Source of the DNA: Firmicutes bacterium UBA1393
GTDB lineage: Bacteria > Bacillota > DTU025
DNA: 64,000 nt
NCBI GenBank assembly: GCA_002305255.1
Contig: DBQN01000076.1
Location: 18,799 to 82,798, forward strand
Direction: 5' to 3'
Within the stretch, counting starts at the first letter, position 1, and the number at the start of each line of letters is the position of its first letter. The position numbers and the translations under genes were made by a program. The notes below the pieces were generated by a model. It made no database searches. It was given only the letters and a program-made list of their open reading frames with translations, and had not been told where the DNA came from. Positions 27,864-37,847 of the stretch are shown here, piece by piece.

Positions 27864-30365
27864 ATGAGAGCGATGCTGCTGGGAGCGGGCGAAGGCACCC
27901 GCCTCAGGCCGATAACTGCCACGCGCCCCAAACCTATGATTCCCATAGCCAACCGTCCGATAATGGAGCACATACTGCTCCTGCTCAAGGAGCACGGCAT
28001 CACAGAGGTCTTCTCTAACCTGTATTACCTGGCCGACCAGATCGAGACGTACTTCGGCGACGGTTCGGCGCTGGGAATGTCAGTGAAGTTCAAGGTGGAA
28101 GAGAAACTGCCCGGCACAGCAGGCGGTGTGAAGAACGTTGAGGACTTCTTCCCCGACACGTTCATGGTGGTTTCGGGCGATCTGCTCACCGACTTCAATC
28201 TCACCGATGCTCTCGACTTCCACAAGCGTCAGGGCTCCATGGCTACGCTCTTGCTCACCAGGGTCGAGAGCCCTCTTGAGTACGGCGTGGTGATCGCCGA
28301 CAAGGATGGCCGGGTGTCGCGCTTCCTGGAGAAGCCCGGCTGGTCGGAGGTGTTCTCCGACACGGTCAACTCAGGCATCTACATTCTCGAGCCTGAAGTG
28401 TTCGACTATATACCGGCAGGCGTTGACTTCGATTTCTCCAAAGACCTCTTCCCGCTCCTGCTGAAAGAGGGCCAGCCGATATTCGGCTACGTGGCAGACG
28501 GCTATTGGTGTGACGTCGGCAGCATCGACAGCTACATCAAAGCCCAGGTGGACGCGCTATCCGGCAAGGTGAAGCTCAACGTGCCCGGCGAGCAGGTGAT
28601 GCCCGGAGTGTGGGTGGGCCGCTCAGCCAAGATCAGCAGCCGGGCCGACCTGAAGGGTCCCCTGGTTCTCGGCGAGAACTGCGAGATCGCACCAGGCGCA
28701 AGGATCAGAGAGTACAGCGTTATAGGTGACAACGTGATCGTCGCGCCAAACTCGTTCGTGGTCAGGTCGACCGTGTACGGCAACTCCTACATCGGCGAGG
28801 GTTCCATGGTATCGGGCAGCGTCATCTGCAAGAACGTCGTGCTCAAGGAGAGCGTGCGCGTGGGCGAAGGGGCCGTGGTCAGTGATGACTCGATCCTGAA
28901 CTCCTCAGTGAGTGTGAAGCCTGGAATCAGAGTATGGCCCTCAAAAGTCATCGACGAAGGCGTCGTGCTCTCCTCAAGCGTAGTGTGGGAGCAGAGGCTC
29001 CGCCGCGAACTCTTCAGCGAGGGCGTCATCTCAGGCCTGGTCAACTTCGAGTTCACTCCGGAGTTCGCCGTAAGGCTGGGCAGCGCCATCGGTGCCACCA
29101 TGAAGAAAGGCTCCAACGTGGTGGTCAGCCGCGACCCCAGCGCCACCGGGAGGATGATGAAGCGCGCCCTCGTGGCCGGCCTTTCAAGCGCAGGCGTGAA
29201 CGTCTGCGACATCCAGGGCCAGCCGCTGCCGATACTCTGGCACATGCTCAAGCGCGACGCATATGCCACCGGCATACACACTTCCATATCGCAGTCCAGC
29301 ACAGAACGCCTCGATATCCAGGTATTCGACAAAGACGGAATGCCTCTTTCGCGGAACGACGAACGAAAGATCGAAACGCTGCTCTCACGTGAAGACCCTC
29401 GGCGGGCGAGTGCCAGTGAGGTAGGCGGGATCAACTACTTCCCGCGCGCAGTGGAGTATTACATTGAAGACTGTATGGCAAGGATCAACGTCGAGGCCGC
29501 CAAGGCCAACAGGCTGAAAGCAGTTGTGGACTGCGGCTACGGTTTCGCGGGCACTATCGCCCCTTCGATCCTGGTGAAGATGGGCGTGGAGGTGACCAGC
29601 CTGAACGCCATCGACCAGCCGACCAAGATGCACAGGTCGGCCGCGGAGTTCGAGAGGGCCAAAGAAGACCTGGCCATGATAGTGAAGACCGTCGGAGCCG
29701 ATCTGGGCATTCTGATCGAACCGCAGGGTTCTCACATGCACGTCACCGACGACACGGGACGCGTGTTGACCAACCTAGAGCTCGCGTATCTGTTCGCGCT
29801 ACTCACAGTGAGAACGAAGGGCAAGGGATCGCGCGGAGTGGCGGTGCCCAGTTTCATGCCGCGTGTGTTCGTTCAGGCGCTAACGGCCAATGGCGCGACG
29901 GTGTACCGCAGTCGCGCCCACTCGCGCTCCCTGGCCGACCTCGCGAGAACCAGCAAGTCAGCGATTGCCACCGATCTTGCCGGCGGGTTCATCTTCCCTG
30001 ACCTACACAGCGGCTTTGATGCGATGTTCGGCGCGGCCAAGTTCGCTGAGCTGGTGGCGGTCGATTCGGCTCCACTGTCACAGCTGGTGCAGCTCATACC
30101 AGAGCACAACCTGCTCATGGACACCATGCCGTGCCCGTGGGAGCTCAAGGCCCAGGTCATGCGCGAGCTCCTGGCGAGGCTTGACGATCCCGCTGTAGAC
30201 ACGTTCGATGGCTACCGCCGGAACATCGATGATGACTGGTACATGGTGTTGCCTGATCCCGCACGTCCGGCCTTCAAGCTCTACGCCGAGGGAGGCACCA
30301 GGGCAAGGGCAGAAGCCATGCTGAGAAAGGCCAAGGAAGAGATCACCAGGGAGATCGAGAAGTAA
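27864..30365 (+). CDS. Bifunctional sugar-1-phosphate nucleotidyltransferase (mannose-1-P guanylyltransferase-like) fused to a phosphomannomutase/phosphoglucomutase domain.
   Basis: N-terminal GAGEGTRLRPIT...PMIPIANRPI motif, then a left-handed beta-helix, then an alpha-D-phosphohexomutase domain. The start is taken at ATG (MRAMLLGAG) after AGGAGTGG; the track starts at 27855. Confidence 0.75.
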   Translation: MRAMLLGAGEGTRLRPITATRPKPMIPIANRPIMEHILLLLKEHGITEVFSNLYYLADQIETYFGDGSALGMSVKFKVEEKLPGTAGGVKNVEDFFPDTFMVVSGDLLTDFNLTDALDFHKRQGSMATLLLTRVESPLEYGVVIADKDGRVSRFLEKPGWSEVFSDTVNSGIYILEPEVFDYIPAGVDFDFSKDLFPLLLKEGQPIFGYVADGYWCDVGSIDSYIKAQVDALSGKVKLNVPGEQVMPGVWVGRSAKISSRADLKGPLVLGENCEIAPGARIREYSVIGDNVIVAPNSFVVRSTVYGNSYIGEGSMVSGSVICKNVVLKESVRVGEGAVVSDDSILNSSVSVKPGIRVWPSKVIDEGVVLSSSVVWEQRLRRELFSEGVISGLVNFEFTPEFAVRLGSAIGATMKKGSNVVVSRDPSATGRMMKRALVAGLSSAGVNVCDIQGQPLPILWHMLKRDAYATGIHTSISQSSTERLDIQVFDKDGMPLSRNDERKIETLLSREDPRRASASEVGGINYFPRAVEYYIEDCMARINVEAAKANRLKAVVDCGYGFAGTIAPSILVKMGVEVTSLNAIDQPTKMHRSAAEFERAKEDLAMIVKTVGADLGILIEPQGSHMHVTDDTGRVLTNLELAYLFALLTVRTKGKGSRGVAVPSFMPRVFVQALTANGATVYRSRAHSRSLADLARTSKSAIATDLAGGFIFPDLHSGFDAMFGAAKFAELVAVDSAPLSQLVQLIPEHNLLMDTMPCPWELKAQVMRELLARLDDPAVDTFDGYRRNIDDDWYMVLPDPARPAFKLYAEGGTRARAEAMLRKAKEEITREIEK

Positions 30366-30407
30366 GCCCCATCGCATCCTTCGCACCCTTCCCATTCACC
30401 CTCCACC

Positions 30408-30450
30408 GGCGGGCGCCTGTCATGTGGCAAGAGGCGCCCGCCTTCGTCAT
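30408..30450 (+). terminator. Rho-independent terminator after the nucleotidyltransferase/PMM gene.
   Basis: GGCGGGCGCC-15 nt-GGCGCCCGCC followed by TTCGTCAT. It lies 27 nt before the dpaA ATG. The following CATACATAT resembles a sigma-K-type -10, weakly. Confidence 0.6.
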
Positions 30451-30476
30451 ACATATCACTGGAAGGGGGCGATCAA

Positions 30477-31367
30477 ATGCCACGTCTCTCAGGGCTCAAC
30501 TTGGCCTTACTCGGCGGCGATGCCAGAGAGGTGATGGCTGCCGCGGCGCTGGCAGACGCCGGCGCCTCCGTTCGATGCTTCGGCGTGCCGACAGAAGGCA
30601 TGCGACGTGAAGTGGTAGTGGCCTCGTGCGCAGAGGACGCGGTATCGGGCGCCAAGGGTCTCATACTTCCCCTCGCCGGCACCGATGCCGAAGGCAACGT
30701 GAGGATAGCTGCACACCCGATCAAGTTGGACGAGGCTCTGCTCAGGAAGATGGCTGAAGAAGGCGTCGTGTTCACTGGTCAGATCAGCGAGGCAGTCAGA
30801 CGTGCCTGCGCAACTCTGGGGCTTCGCCTAGTGGACACGGGGGCCGATGACGAGCTGGCCATCCTCAACTCCATCCCGTCGGCCGAGGGCGCAGTGCTCA
30901 TGGCCATGCAGGCGACGCCAATCACCATTCACAACAGCCACTGCCTGGTGACGGGCATGGGCAGAACGGGGATGACCCTGACCAGGCTGCTTCTGGCCAT
31001 GGGCGCCAGGGTGTGGGCCGCGGCCCGCAAAGGCCGCGACCGCGCCAGAGCCTTCGAGATGGGTGCCGTTCCTGTTGATGTGACCGAAATCGCGGATTGC
31101 ATCCCGCAGATAGACATCGTGTTCAACACCGTGCCGCCACCGACGCTGCTTATCGATCGTCCGCTCATTCTGGCGATGAAGCCGTCGGCAGTTGTGATAG
31201 ATCTGGCCAGTTCACCTGGGGGAGTCGATTTCGCAGCGGCAGCAGAACGGGGTATCAAGGCTCAGTTGGCACCGGGGCTGCCGGGAAAAGTGGCCCCGGC
31301 CACTGCAGGCGCGATGCTCGCCCGAGTGCTGCCCGAGATCGTTGGGCGCGAGTTCGCCAAGGGGTGA
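30477..31367 (+). CDS. dpaA: Dipicolinate synthase subunit A (SpoVFA).
   Basis: 296 aa, colinear with B. subtilis SpoVFA. The N-terminus is (L)ALLGGDARE, and LAPGLPGKVAP, ASSPGG and NSIPSAEGAV motifs are present. RBS GGAAGGGGG. Confidence 0.9.
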   Translation: MPRLSGLNLALLGGDAREVMAAAALADAGASVRCFGVPTEGMRREVVVASCAEDAVSGAKGLILPLAGTDAEGNVRIAAHPIKLDEALLRKMAEEGVVFTGQISEAVRRACATLGLRLVDTGADDELAILNSIPSAEGAVLMAMQATPITIHNSHCLVTGMGRTGMTLTRLLLAMGARVWAAARKGRDRARAFEMGAVPVDVTEIADCIPQIDIVFNTVPPPTLLIDRPLILAMKPSAVVIDLASSPGGVDFAAAAERGIKAQLAPGLPGKVAPATAGAMLARVLPEIVGREFAKG

Positions 31368-31371
31368 CACA

Positions 31372-32643
31372 ATGGCACCTGTCGTGGTAGTCGTCGGCGG
31401 AGGTTGGGCGGGATGCGCGGCAGCGGCTGCTGCGCGGCGGGCAGGAGCCCAGACGATTCTGATCGAACGCACCGATTTGCTGCTCGGCACAGGCCTTGCC
31501 GGCGGCATCATGAACAACAACGGCCGTTTCACGGCAGCGCGCGAGCTGGAACTGATGGGAGGAGGGGCACTGTTCGATGTCATCGACAGAGTCACCCTCC
31601 ATCGCAGGGTGAGCTTTCTCGGGCACAACCACGCCAGCCTCTACGATGTCGACAGAATCGAGGCGGCCGTAAGGATGGCGCTGAGCACTATGGGGGTGAC
31701 GCTCCTCACTCAAGCCAGAGGCGTTGACGTGGCGTGTCGGGAGAATCGCGTGACCAGTGTAGTGCTGGCTGACGGAAGGTGCATCCACGGTGATGCGTTC
31801 GTCGATGCCACAGGCACGGCGGGTCCGGCCTCCAACTGCTCAAGGGTGAGCGGTGCGTGCGTGATGTGCGTGCTCAGATGCCCAACCTTCGGCCCGCGCG
31901 TGAGCATCACCGCTAAGGCCGGTGCAGCCGAGATCACCAGCCCGCTCTTCCCTGCCATGAGCGGATCGTGCAAGCTTGTCAAGAGATCACTCGCACCCTG
32001 GCTCTCGCGCAGGCTTGAAGAGGTGGGCAGCGTGGTCATTCCTGTGCCCAGGTACGTCGCACGAGAAGACCGCTTCGCGCACAAGGCGTGTCAACAGTAT
32101 GCTCTGCCGGAGTTCTATGACAATATCGTGCTGCTAGACACCGGGCAGGCTAAGCTGATGGCGCCATACTTTCCTCTCGACCGCCTGCAGGCCATGGAGG
32201 GCTTCGAGAGTGCAGCCTTCGAGGACCCCAGAGCCGGCAGCCTCGGCAACTCCATCAGGTACAACATGATCACCCCTCATGACATGCACCTGAAGGTGGA
32301 CGGACTGGATAACCTGTTCTGCGCGGGAGAGAAGGCGGGATTGCTGGTCGGACATACCGAGGCCATCTGTACAGGCACCCTCGCCGGGCACAACGCAGTC
32401 AGATGCGCACTGGGACTAGGGCTGATTCTGCCACCACCCATCACGGTGCTCGGTGACTTGCTGTCGTACATCGACGCGACGCTCAGGCCACCGGTGGGCG
32501 TGCCGCAGAAGATTACCTGCGCAGGCGGAGCCTACTTCAGCAGGATGTACGACACCGGCCTGTACACCACTGACGTGAAGTGCATAGCTTCACGCGTGAG
32601 GCAGGCCGGCTGCGAGAACGTATTCAATCAGCGGCTGGCGTAG
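31372..32643 (+). CDS. FAD/NAD(P)-binding oxidoreductase of unknown specificity. It occupies the position of dpaB/spoVFB but is not the HFCD-family flavoprotein.
   Basis: 423 aa with an N-terminal Rossmann motif (VVVVGGGWAGCAAAAAARRAG), a CxxCxxxC motif (CVMCVLRC) and a C-terminal GidA/HI0933-like region. The start ATG after AAGGGGTGA lies just past the dpaA stop. The track ORF begins at 31342. Confidence 0.55.
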   Translation: MAPVVVVVGGGWAGCAAAAAARRAGAQTILIERTDLLLGTGLAGGIMNNNGRFTAARELELMGGGALFDVIDRVTLHRRVSFLGHNHASLYDVDRIEAAVRMALSTMGVTLLTQARGVDVACRENRVTSVVLADGRCIHGDAFVDATGTAGPASNCSRVSGACVMCVLRCPTFGPRVSITAKAGAAEITSPLFPAMSGSCKLVKRSLAPWLSRRLEEVGSVVIPVPRYVAREDRFAHKACQQYALPEFYDNIVLLDTGQAKLMAPYFPLDRLQAMEGFESAAFEDPRAGSLGNSIRYNMITPHDMHLKVDGLDNLFCAGEKAGLLVGHTEAICTGTLAGHNAVRCALGLGLILPPPITVLGDLLSYIDATLRPPVGVPQKITCAGGAYFSRMYDTGLYTTDVKCIASRVRQAGCENVFNQRLA

Positions 32644-32697
32644 CCACTCGACCACGCCAGCCGCTCCATCGGGTCATCTACAACTCCGTCTACCAGA

Positions 32698-33531
32698 CTA
32701 CCACTTGCCGCTTGCTCCGCCGCCTCCGGAACGGCCTCCACCGAAACCGCCGAAGCCGCCACCTGAGCTGCCACCTTTGCTGCCCCCGCCCCACTTGCCG
32801 CCTCCGCCCCAGATGGTAGGGGGGATGAACACGGGGGTCGCTGTGGATCGGCCCGAACCGCCGCCCGACGATGGTGGCTTTGGACCGCTGGAACCGTGCT
32901 TCTTGGCAGCTCTCGACACGATGGCAACTATGGCCAGGAACACCAGAAGCGCAAGGATGCCGGGAATGGGACTCTCCTTCTCCTCCTGCTCGTCCGGGCC
33001 CTGGCCCTCATACCCTTCGAGGCGCAGCTGGACCATGTTGATCGAATCGGCAATGGCTCCGGCCACGTCGCCGCGTTTCATTGCGGGAACGAAGGCGTCA
33101 TCTATGACCCTGCCCAAGAATGCGTCGGGAAGGTCGCCCTCGAGGCCGTAGCCTGTTTCGAATCTGACTTCGCGCTCCTCAGCGGCGATCAACAGCAGAA
33201 GGCCGTTGTCTTTGCCGGCTTCGCCTATTCCCCATGCCTCGAACAGCTTCACGGCGTAGTCCTCAATGGTCCTGCCGCCCATGTTGCCGACGGTGACCAC
33301 GGCCATCTGTACACCTGTGCGTCGCCACAAGTCCACAAGGGTGTTCTCGATGACCTCCGCGCCATCGGTCGACAGCATCTTCCCAAGGTCATTCATGAGC
33401 CTGGGCGGATCAGGTTTGGCAGGGAGCGACTGGGCCCATGCGGCGAAGGGCGCCGCCGCCACCAGCGTCAACGCTAGCGCGACAGCCATCGCCATCAGTG
33501 AAGCACGGGTCATGACTCGGTTCATTCTCAA
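32698..33531 (-). CDS. TPM-domain (DUF477, YgcG-like) membrane-associated protein with a Gly-rich C-tail.
   Basis: Signal peptide, TPM_phosphatase-like domain, TM helix, and a GGGS/GGF-rich tail. Confidence 0.75.
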   Translation of the reverse strand: MRMNRVMTRASLMAMAVALALTLVAAAPFAAWAQSLPAKPDPPRLMNDLGKMLSTDGAEVIENTLVDLWRRTGVQMAVVTVGNMGGRTIEDYAVKLFEAWGIGEAGKDNGLLLLIAAEEREVRFETGYGLEGDLPDAFLGRVIDDAFVPAMKRGDVAGAIADSINMVQLRLEGYEGQGPDEQEEKESPIPGILALLVFLAIVAIVSRAAKKHGSSGPKPPSSGGGSGRSTATPVFIPPTIWGGGGKWGGGSKGGSSGGGFGGFGGGRSGGGGASGKW

Positions 33532-33538
33532 CGCCTAC

Positions 33539-34147
33539 CTAGAACTGTACTTTCGGTGCCTCGAGTGCAGCGGGAGTGGCCTCGAACATCGTCTTGGCTT
33601 GGAGGCCCTTGATGCCCGCCACGATCGACGCGGGGAACATCCTTATTTTGACGTTGAATGACTGCACGGACTCATTGTACCGAGCGCGGGCCACCGCTAT
33701 GCGGTTCTCCGTGCCCGACAGCTCATACATCAGATCGTTGAAGCTCTTGTCAGCCTTGAGTTCAGGGTAGTTCTCGACAACTACTAGCAGCCTAGAGAGT
33801 GCGCTCTCCATCTGGTTGACAGCTTGCTGGGTTTCAGCAGGCGTGCTTGCTCCACCAAGCTTGGCCCTGGCATCGGCGATGGCAGTGAACACTTCCTCTT
33901 CGTGGGCTGCATAGCCCTTGACCGTTTCGACCAGGTTAGGAATGAGATCGTACCTACGCTGCAGCTGGTTCTGGACCTCTGCCCACTGGACGTTAACGCC
34001 CTCTTCAGCAGCAACGAACGAATTGGAGGTTCTGATGAACCAGCCTCCGCCTATGACGAGTAGAGCCAAGATTGCGAACAGAACTACCAGACCTATTCTT
34101 TTCAACTCTAGTACCTCCCTCACAACTGTGCGGTTGAAGATTAACAC
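33539..34147 (-). CDS. lemA: LemA-family protein.
   Basis: 202 aa with an N-terminal TM helix and LemA signature. It forms the typical LemA-TPM pair. Confidence 0.85.
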   Translation of the reverse strand: MLIFNRTVVREVLELKRIGLVVLFAILALLVIGGGWFIRTSNSFVAAEEGVNVQWAEVQNQLQRRYDLIPNLVETVKGYAAHEEEVFTAIADARAKLGGASTPAETQQAVNQMESALSRLLVVVENYPELKADKSFNDLMYELSGTENRIAVARARYNESVQSFNVKIRMFPASIVAGIKGLQAKTMFEATPAALEAPKVQF

Positions 34148-34163
34148 GACGCTGACCCCGTGT

Positions 34164-35036
34164 CTACAGTTTTTGCCTCAGCGAGTAAATACGGAGAGCC
34201 GCAAGGGTCGCGACGTATGGAAGCATTTGAGTGAGCTGCGCAGGGATACCCGCGCCCTGCAGGCTCATGCCCATCCCATCAAAGAGCCCGAACGCCAGCG
34301 ACATCACGAGAATTCCCAGGGGCCGCCCACGAGTCAGGATTATCGCCGCCAGAGAGATCCATCCCCTGCCATTTGACATATTCTCAGAGAACAATCTGAC
34401 ATACCCTAGAGAAAGATATGCACCGGCCAGACCGCAGAGTGCACCGGAGATCATTATGGACCAGGCCTTCATCGCCGATGAGCTGACTCCCGCTGCATCG
34501 AGGGTCTTTGGATCCTCCCCCGCGGCTCTGAGGCGCATTCCGAACCGCGTTCGCCTGATGTGCCACTCTGCGAGCAGCGTCAGGACGAGTGCCATGTACA
34601 CAAGGAATGGATGCCCTCCCAGCACCGGTCCGAAAGGCAGATCCCATCTCGGAAGCGCACGTATCTGGCTTGACATGAACGCGCCTCTAACACCGAACAT
34701 CTGTCGCAGGGCATAGGTTGTGCCGCCTAAGGCCAGCATGTTGATGGCAGTGCCTGTGACAAACTCGTCGGTACGAAGCGCCACCGCGAACAGCACGAAC
34801 AGCGCAGCCGCCACCAGCCCTCCGGCTACGCCGGCCGCCAGCCCCACAGCCCATGACCTGGCAAAATAGCTGCCTACCACAGCTGTGAAGGCCCCGATCA
34901 GCATCATGCCCTCCATCGCAATGTTGAACACGTTCGCGAAGTAGGTGTAGGCTCCACCCACCGCCGCCAGCAGCACGGGAGTGGCAGCCAGCACGCTCGC
35001 CCTGAGAAGCTCAATCGCCAGATCCGTGGCGGCCAC
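34164..35036 (-). CDS. ABC transporter permease (BMP/nucleoside uptake system, NupQ/YufQ-like).
   Basis: 290 aa polytopic membrane protein in an operon with the BMP SBP and a tandem ATPase. Confidence 0.75.
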   Translation of the reverse strand: MAATDLAIELLRASVLAATPVLLAAVGGAYTYFANVFNIAMEGMMLIGAFTAVVGSYFARSWAVGLAAGVAGGLVAAALFVLFAVALRTDEFVTGTAINMLALGGTTYALRQMFGVRGAFMSSQIRALPRWDLPFGPVLGGHPFLVYMALVLTLLAEWHIRRTRFGMRLRAAGEDPKTLDAAGVSSSAMKAWSIMISGALCGLAGAYLSLGYVRLFSENMSNGRGWISLAAIILTRGRPLGILVMSLAFGLFDGMGMSLQGAGIPAQLTQMLPYVATLAALRIYSLRQKL

Positions 35037-36102
35037 CTCCTTCGCCCGGCGCTTCGAGCATTCGCGCGGCGCGGCGAGCCTTGAGCTTGGCGGCGAGCCC
35101 GGCCAGGATCAGCCTGGTGGATTCGCGGCTGGCCACCACGAACAGCACCACTATGGCCTGCAACACCAGGGCGAACTCGCTGGGCACCGCCGTTTCCAGC
35201 TCCATCCCCATGGCCCCCGTTTGCAGAGCCGCAAAGAACAACGCGTACAGGGCCGTTCCCGACATCGAGTTCCCGGCCACGATGGCGATCATCACTCCAT
35301 CCCAGGCGTAGTTGGCGCCGATGCCCTTCACGAACCTATGCTGCATGCCGCCTGTGACCATCAGACCGCCTGCGAGGCCTGCTATGGCTCCACTCAGCAG
35401 CATCGCCCAGGTGAAGTTGCGCGCAACTCCGCAGCCGCCGGCCGCGGCAAACCCCGGGTTATGCCCCATGACCCTGCACTCATAGCCGAACTTCGACCTG
35501 TTCCAAATGACCCACACCGCCGCGAGGGCCGCTGCCGCCACTGCCACCGCACCGCTGAGGCCGTTCCACATGCCGAGCCACGCTCCCGGGTTGGTCATGG
35601 CGGTCATCGGCGAATAGGCCTTCCTGTCGAGCATTGGACCGGATATCAGCCACAGAGTCACACCGTCGGCCACGAAGTTCAACATCAACGTGGTGATGAA
35701 CTCGTTCATCTTCCATCTGAGGCGCATGAACGCGGCCAGGCCCGACCAGACGGCTCCTGCCACCGCGGCCGCCACGATGACTGTGGGCAGCATGGCCCAG
35801 GAAGGCAGGTCGAGAAAGATACCCAACGCCGTCGCTGCCATGGCCCCAAGCAGAAACTGACCGGGCTGACCGAGGTTGACGCAGTTCGATCCGAACCCCA
35901 CAGCCGCTGATGCCCCGGTGAGCACCAGCGTTGAAGCCTTGTTCAAGGTAGACACCAGCGCAAACTGCGAGAACAGCGAGTAGCTGAAGAGCGCAGCATA
36001 GCTCTGCCACACCGGATACCCCTGAATCGCAAGGATGGCGAGGCCTGCAAGAAGCGACACCGCAACCCCCGCTGCTGCCGATACCGCGTGCTGCTTTCTC
36101 AT
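35011..36102 (-). CDS. ABC transporter permease (BMP/nucleoside uptake system, NupP/YufP-like).
   Basis: 363 aa polytopic membrane protein. Confidence 0.75.
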   Translation of the reverse strand: MRKQHAVSAAAGVAVSLLAGLAILAIQGYPVWQSYAALFSYSLFSQFALVSTLNKASTLVLTGASAAVGFGSNCVNLGQPGQFLLGAMAATALGIFLDLPSWAMLPTVIVAAAVAGAVWSGLAAFMRLRWKMNEFITTLMLNFVADGVTLWLISGPMLDRKAYSPMTAMTNPGAWLGMWNGLSGAVAVAAAALAAVWVIWNRSKFGYECRVMGHNPGFAAAGGCGVARNFTWAMLLSGAIAGLAGGLMVTGGMQHRFVKGIGANYAWDGVMIAIVAGNSMSGTALYALFFAALQTGAMGMELETAVPSEFALVLQAIVVLFVVASRESTRLILAGLAAKLKARRAARMLEAPGEGGGRHGSGD

Positions 36103-37691
36103 CTGCCTGACGTCACCCCCTCGCTCTCAGGGCCCCGCCCCGGCCCTGGCCCCAGCCCAAGCATGGCCCTACCCACGCTGTCGCGATCGGCTTCGGATCC
36201 GGCGAACTCAGCCGCCACTCTACCCTCGTACATCACGATGATCCTGTCACACAGGGAGAGCAGCTCATCGAGGTCAGCCGACACCAGGAGACAGCCTTTG
36301 CCCTCGCTACGCTTCTTAAGGATCTGGGCGTGTATGAACTCGCTTGAGCCGACATCGAGACCGCGGGTGGGGTTATCGAGGAGCACGAGATCCACGTCGT
36401 GTGAGAACTCCCTTCCCACGATGACTTTCTGCTGGTTTCCTCCGCTCAGCTGTGAAAGGGCCGCATCAGGCCCGGAGGCCACCACAGAGTACTCGGCGAT
36501 GAGCCGGGCGCAGAAATCGCGGCAAGCCCTTGGTAACAGCAGTGGCGTAAGCTTCGATGACAGGCTGGGCCTGAGCCGGTGGTGGGTCATTATCGAGTTG
36601 TCGACCAGGCTCATGGCGCCGGCCCCTCCGGCCAGCTTGCGGTCTTGCGGCACACTGCACATCAGGCGCCGGCGTGACATGACTGAGGCACCCGTCACAT
36701 CCTGCCCTGACATGAGGATGGATCCGGAATCGGGTTTCACGGCGCCGGTGATCGCCTGAACCAACTCGAACTGGCCGTTGCCTTCGACTCCGGCAATGCC
36801 GACGATCTCACCGCCGCGAACTTCAAGAGAGACGTCATCAAGGACGGGTCGGCCTCGCCCACGCACCGTCATCGACAGACCGCGCACTTCGAGGCACGGA
36901 GGGACTGTCGGCGGCGACGGCTGTGGCGGCCGCTGCGACGAGTCGAGCGCAGCGTCGCCTTCCCTTACGGCCGAGAACACCACATCGCGCCCGACCATGG
37001 CCCTGGCCAGGTCAGCTCGGCTCAGACCGCGGTTCGGCGTCGTCATGACCCTTCTGCCCCGACGCATGACGGTAATCTCGTCGGATATGTCGAGCACCTC
37101 GGAAAGCCTGTGGCTGATGAAGATGATGGTCCGGCCATCGGAGTTGAGGGCCCTCAGTCTCACAAAAAGCTCCGCAGTCTCCTGCGGCGTCAGCACGGCC
37201 GTCGGCTCGTCCATTATCAGAACTTGAACGTCTCTGTAAAGCAGCTTGAGGATCTCGACCTTCTGCTGCGCACTGATGGACAGGTCTCCCACGATGGCGC
37301 TACAGTCCAGTTTGAGCCCCCACCGCTCGATGATCTCACCCACGCGCGCGAGCGCCGCCTCGCCCTTCACTCTGCCCAGGTAGGTGACGGGTTCGGCCCC
37401 GAGCACCACGTTTTCCCACACGGTGTACGAGGGAATCAGCATGAGCTCCTGATGGACCATGCCTATGCCGGCGCGCACCGCCTGCCTCGGGCTGGCAAAC
37501 CTCACAGGCTTGCCGCCTACCTCGATATGCCCAGCGTTGGCCTGCGTGATGCCGTACAACACCTTCATCAGAGTGGACTTGCCCGCGCCGTTCTCGCCGA
37601 TGATGGAGTGGATGGAACCGGGACTGATGCAGATGTCGACGTTGTCGAGGGCGAGCACATCCGGGGGGTAAACCTTGACCACACTCGACAT
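36099..37691 (-). CDS. ABC transporter ATP-binding protein with tandem NBDs (nucleoside/BMP system, NupO/YufO-like).
   Basis: Two Walker A sites (GENGAGKSTL; GVEGNGQFEL), two signature motifs, and D-loops. The start is taken at MSSVVKVY. The track ORF runs to 37838. Confidence 0.8.
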   Translation of the reverse strand: MSSVVKVYPPDVLALDNVDICISPGSIHSIIGENGAGKSTLMKVLYGITQANAGHIEVGGKPVRFASPRQAVRAGIGMVHQELMLIPSYTVWENVVLGAEPVTYLGRVKGEAALARVGEIIERWGLKLDCSAIVGDLSISAQQKVEILKLLYRDVQVLIMDEPTAVLTPQETAELFVRLRALNSDGRTIIFISHRLSEVLDISDEITVMRRGRRVMTTPNRGLSRADLARAMVGRDVVFSAVREGDAALDSSQRPPQPSPPTVPPCLEVRGLSMTVRGRGRPVLDDVSLEVRGGEIVGIAGVEGNGQFELVQAITGAVKPDSGSILMSGQDVTGASVMSRRRLMCSVPQDRKLAGGAGAMSLVDNSIMTHHRLRPSLSSKLTPLLLPRACRDFCARLIAEYSVVASGPDAALSQLSGGNQQKVIVGREFSHDVDLVLLDNPTRGLDVGSSEFIHAQILKKRSEGKGCLLVSADLDELLSLCDRIIVMYEGRVAAEFAGSEADRDSVGRAMLGLGPGPGRGPESEGVTSGR

Positions 37692-37847
37692 GCGCACGCC
37701 AGGGCCGGAAATCTTGGTGCTCAACCTGCGAGTCCCCCTCGTCGCGCACAAACTGGAGCGGGGCGAGCCATGCAGTTCGCCCCGCCCGTAATCAGGCAAG
37801 TCAGCAGCCGGCGGCGGGCAGAGCGCCCGGAGCCGCAAGGTCGCTGG

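Noticed and set aside
30451-30470. A sigma-K promoter for dpaA (CATACATAT).
   Set aside because: It does not fit the CATAnnnTA spacing cleanly and no convincing -35 AC element was found. It is mentioned only as a weak possibility.
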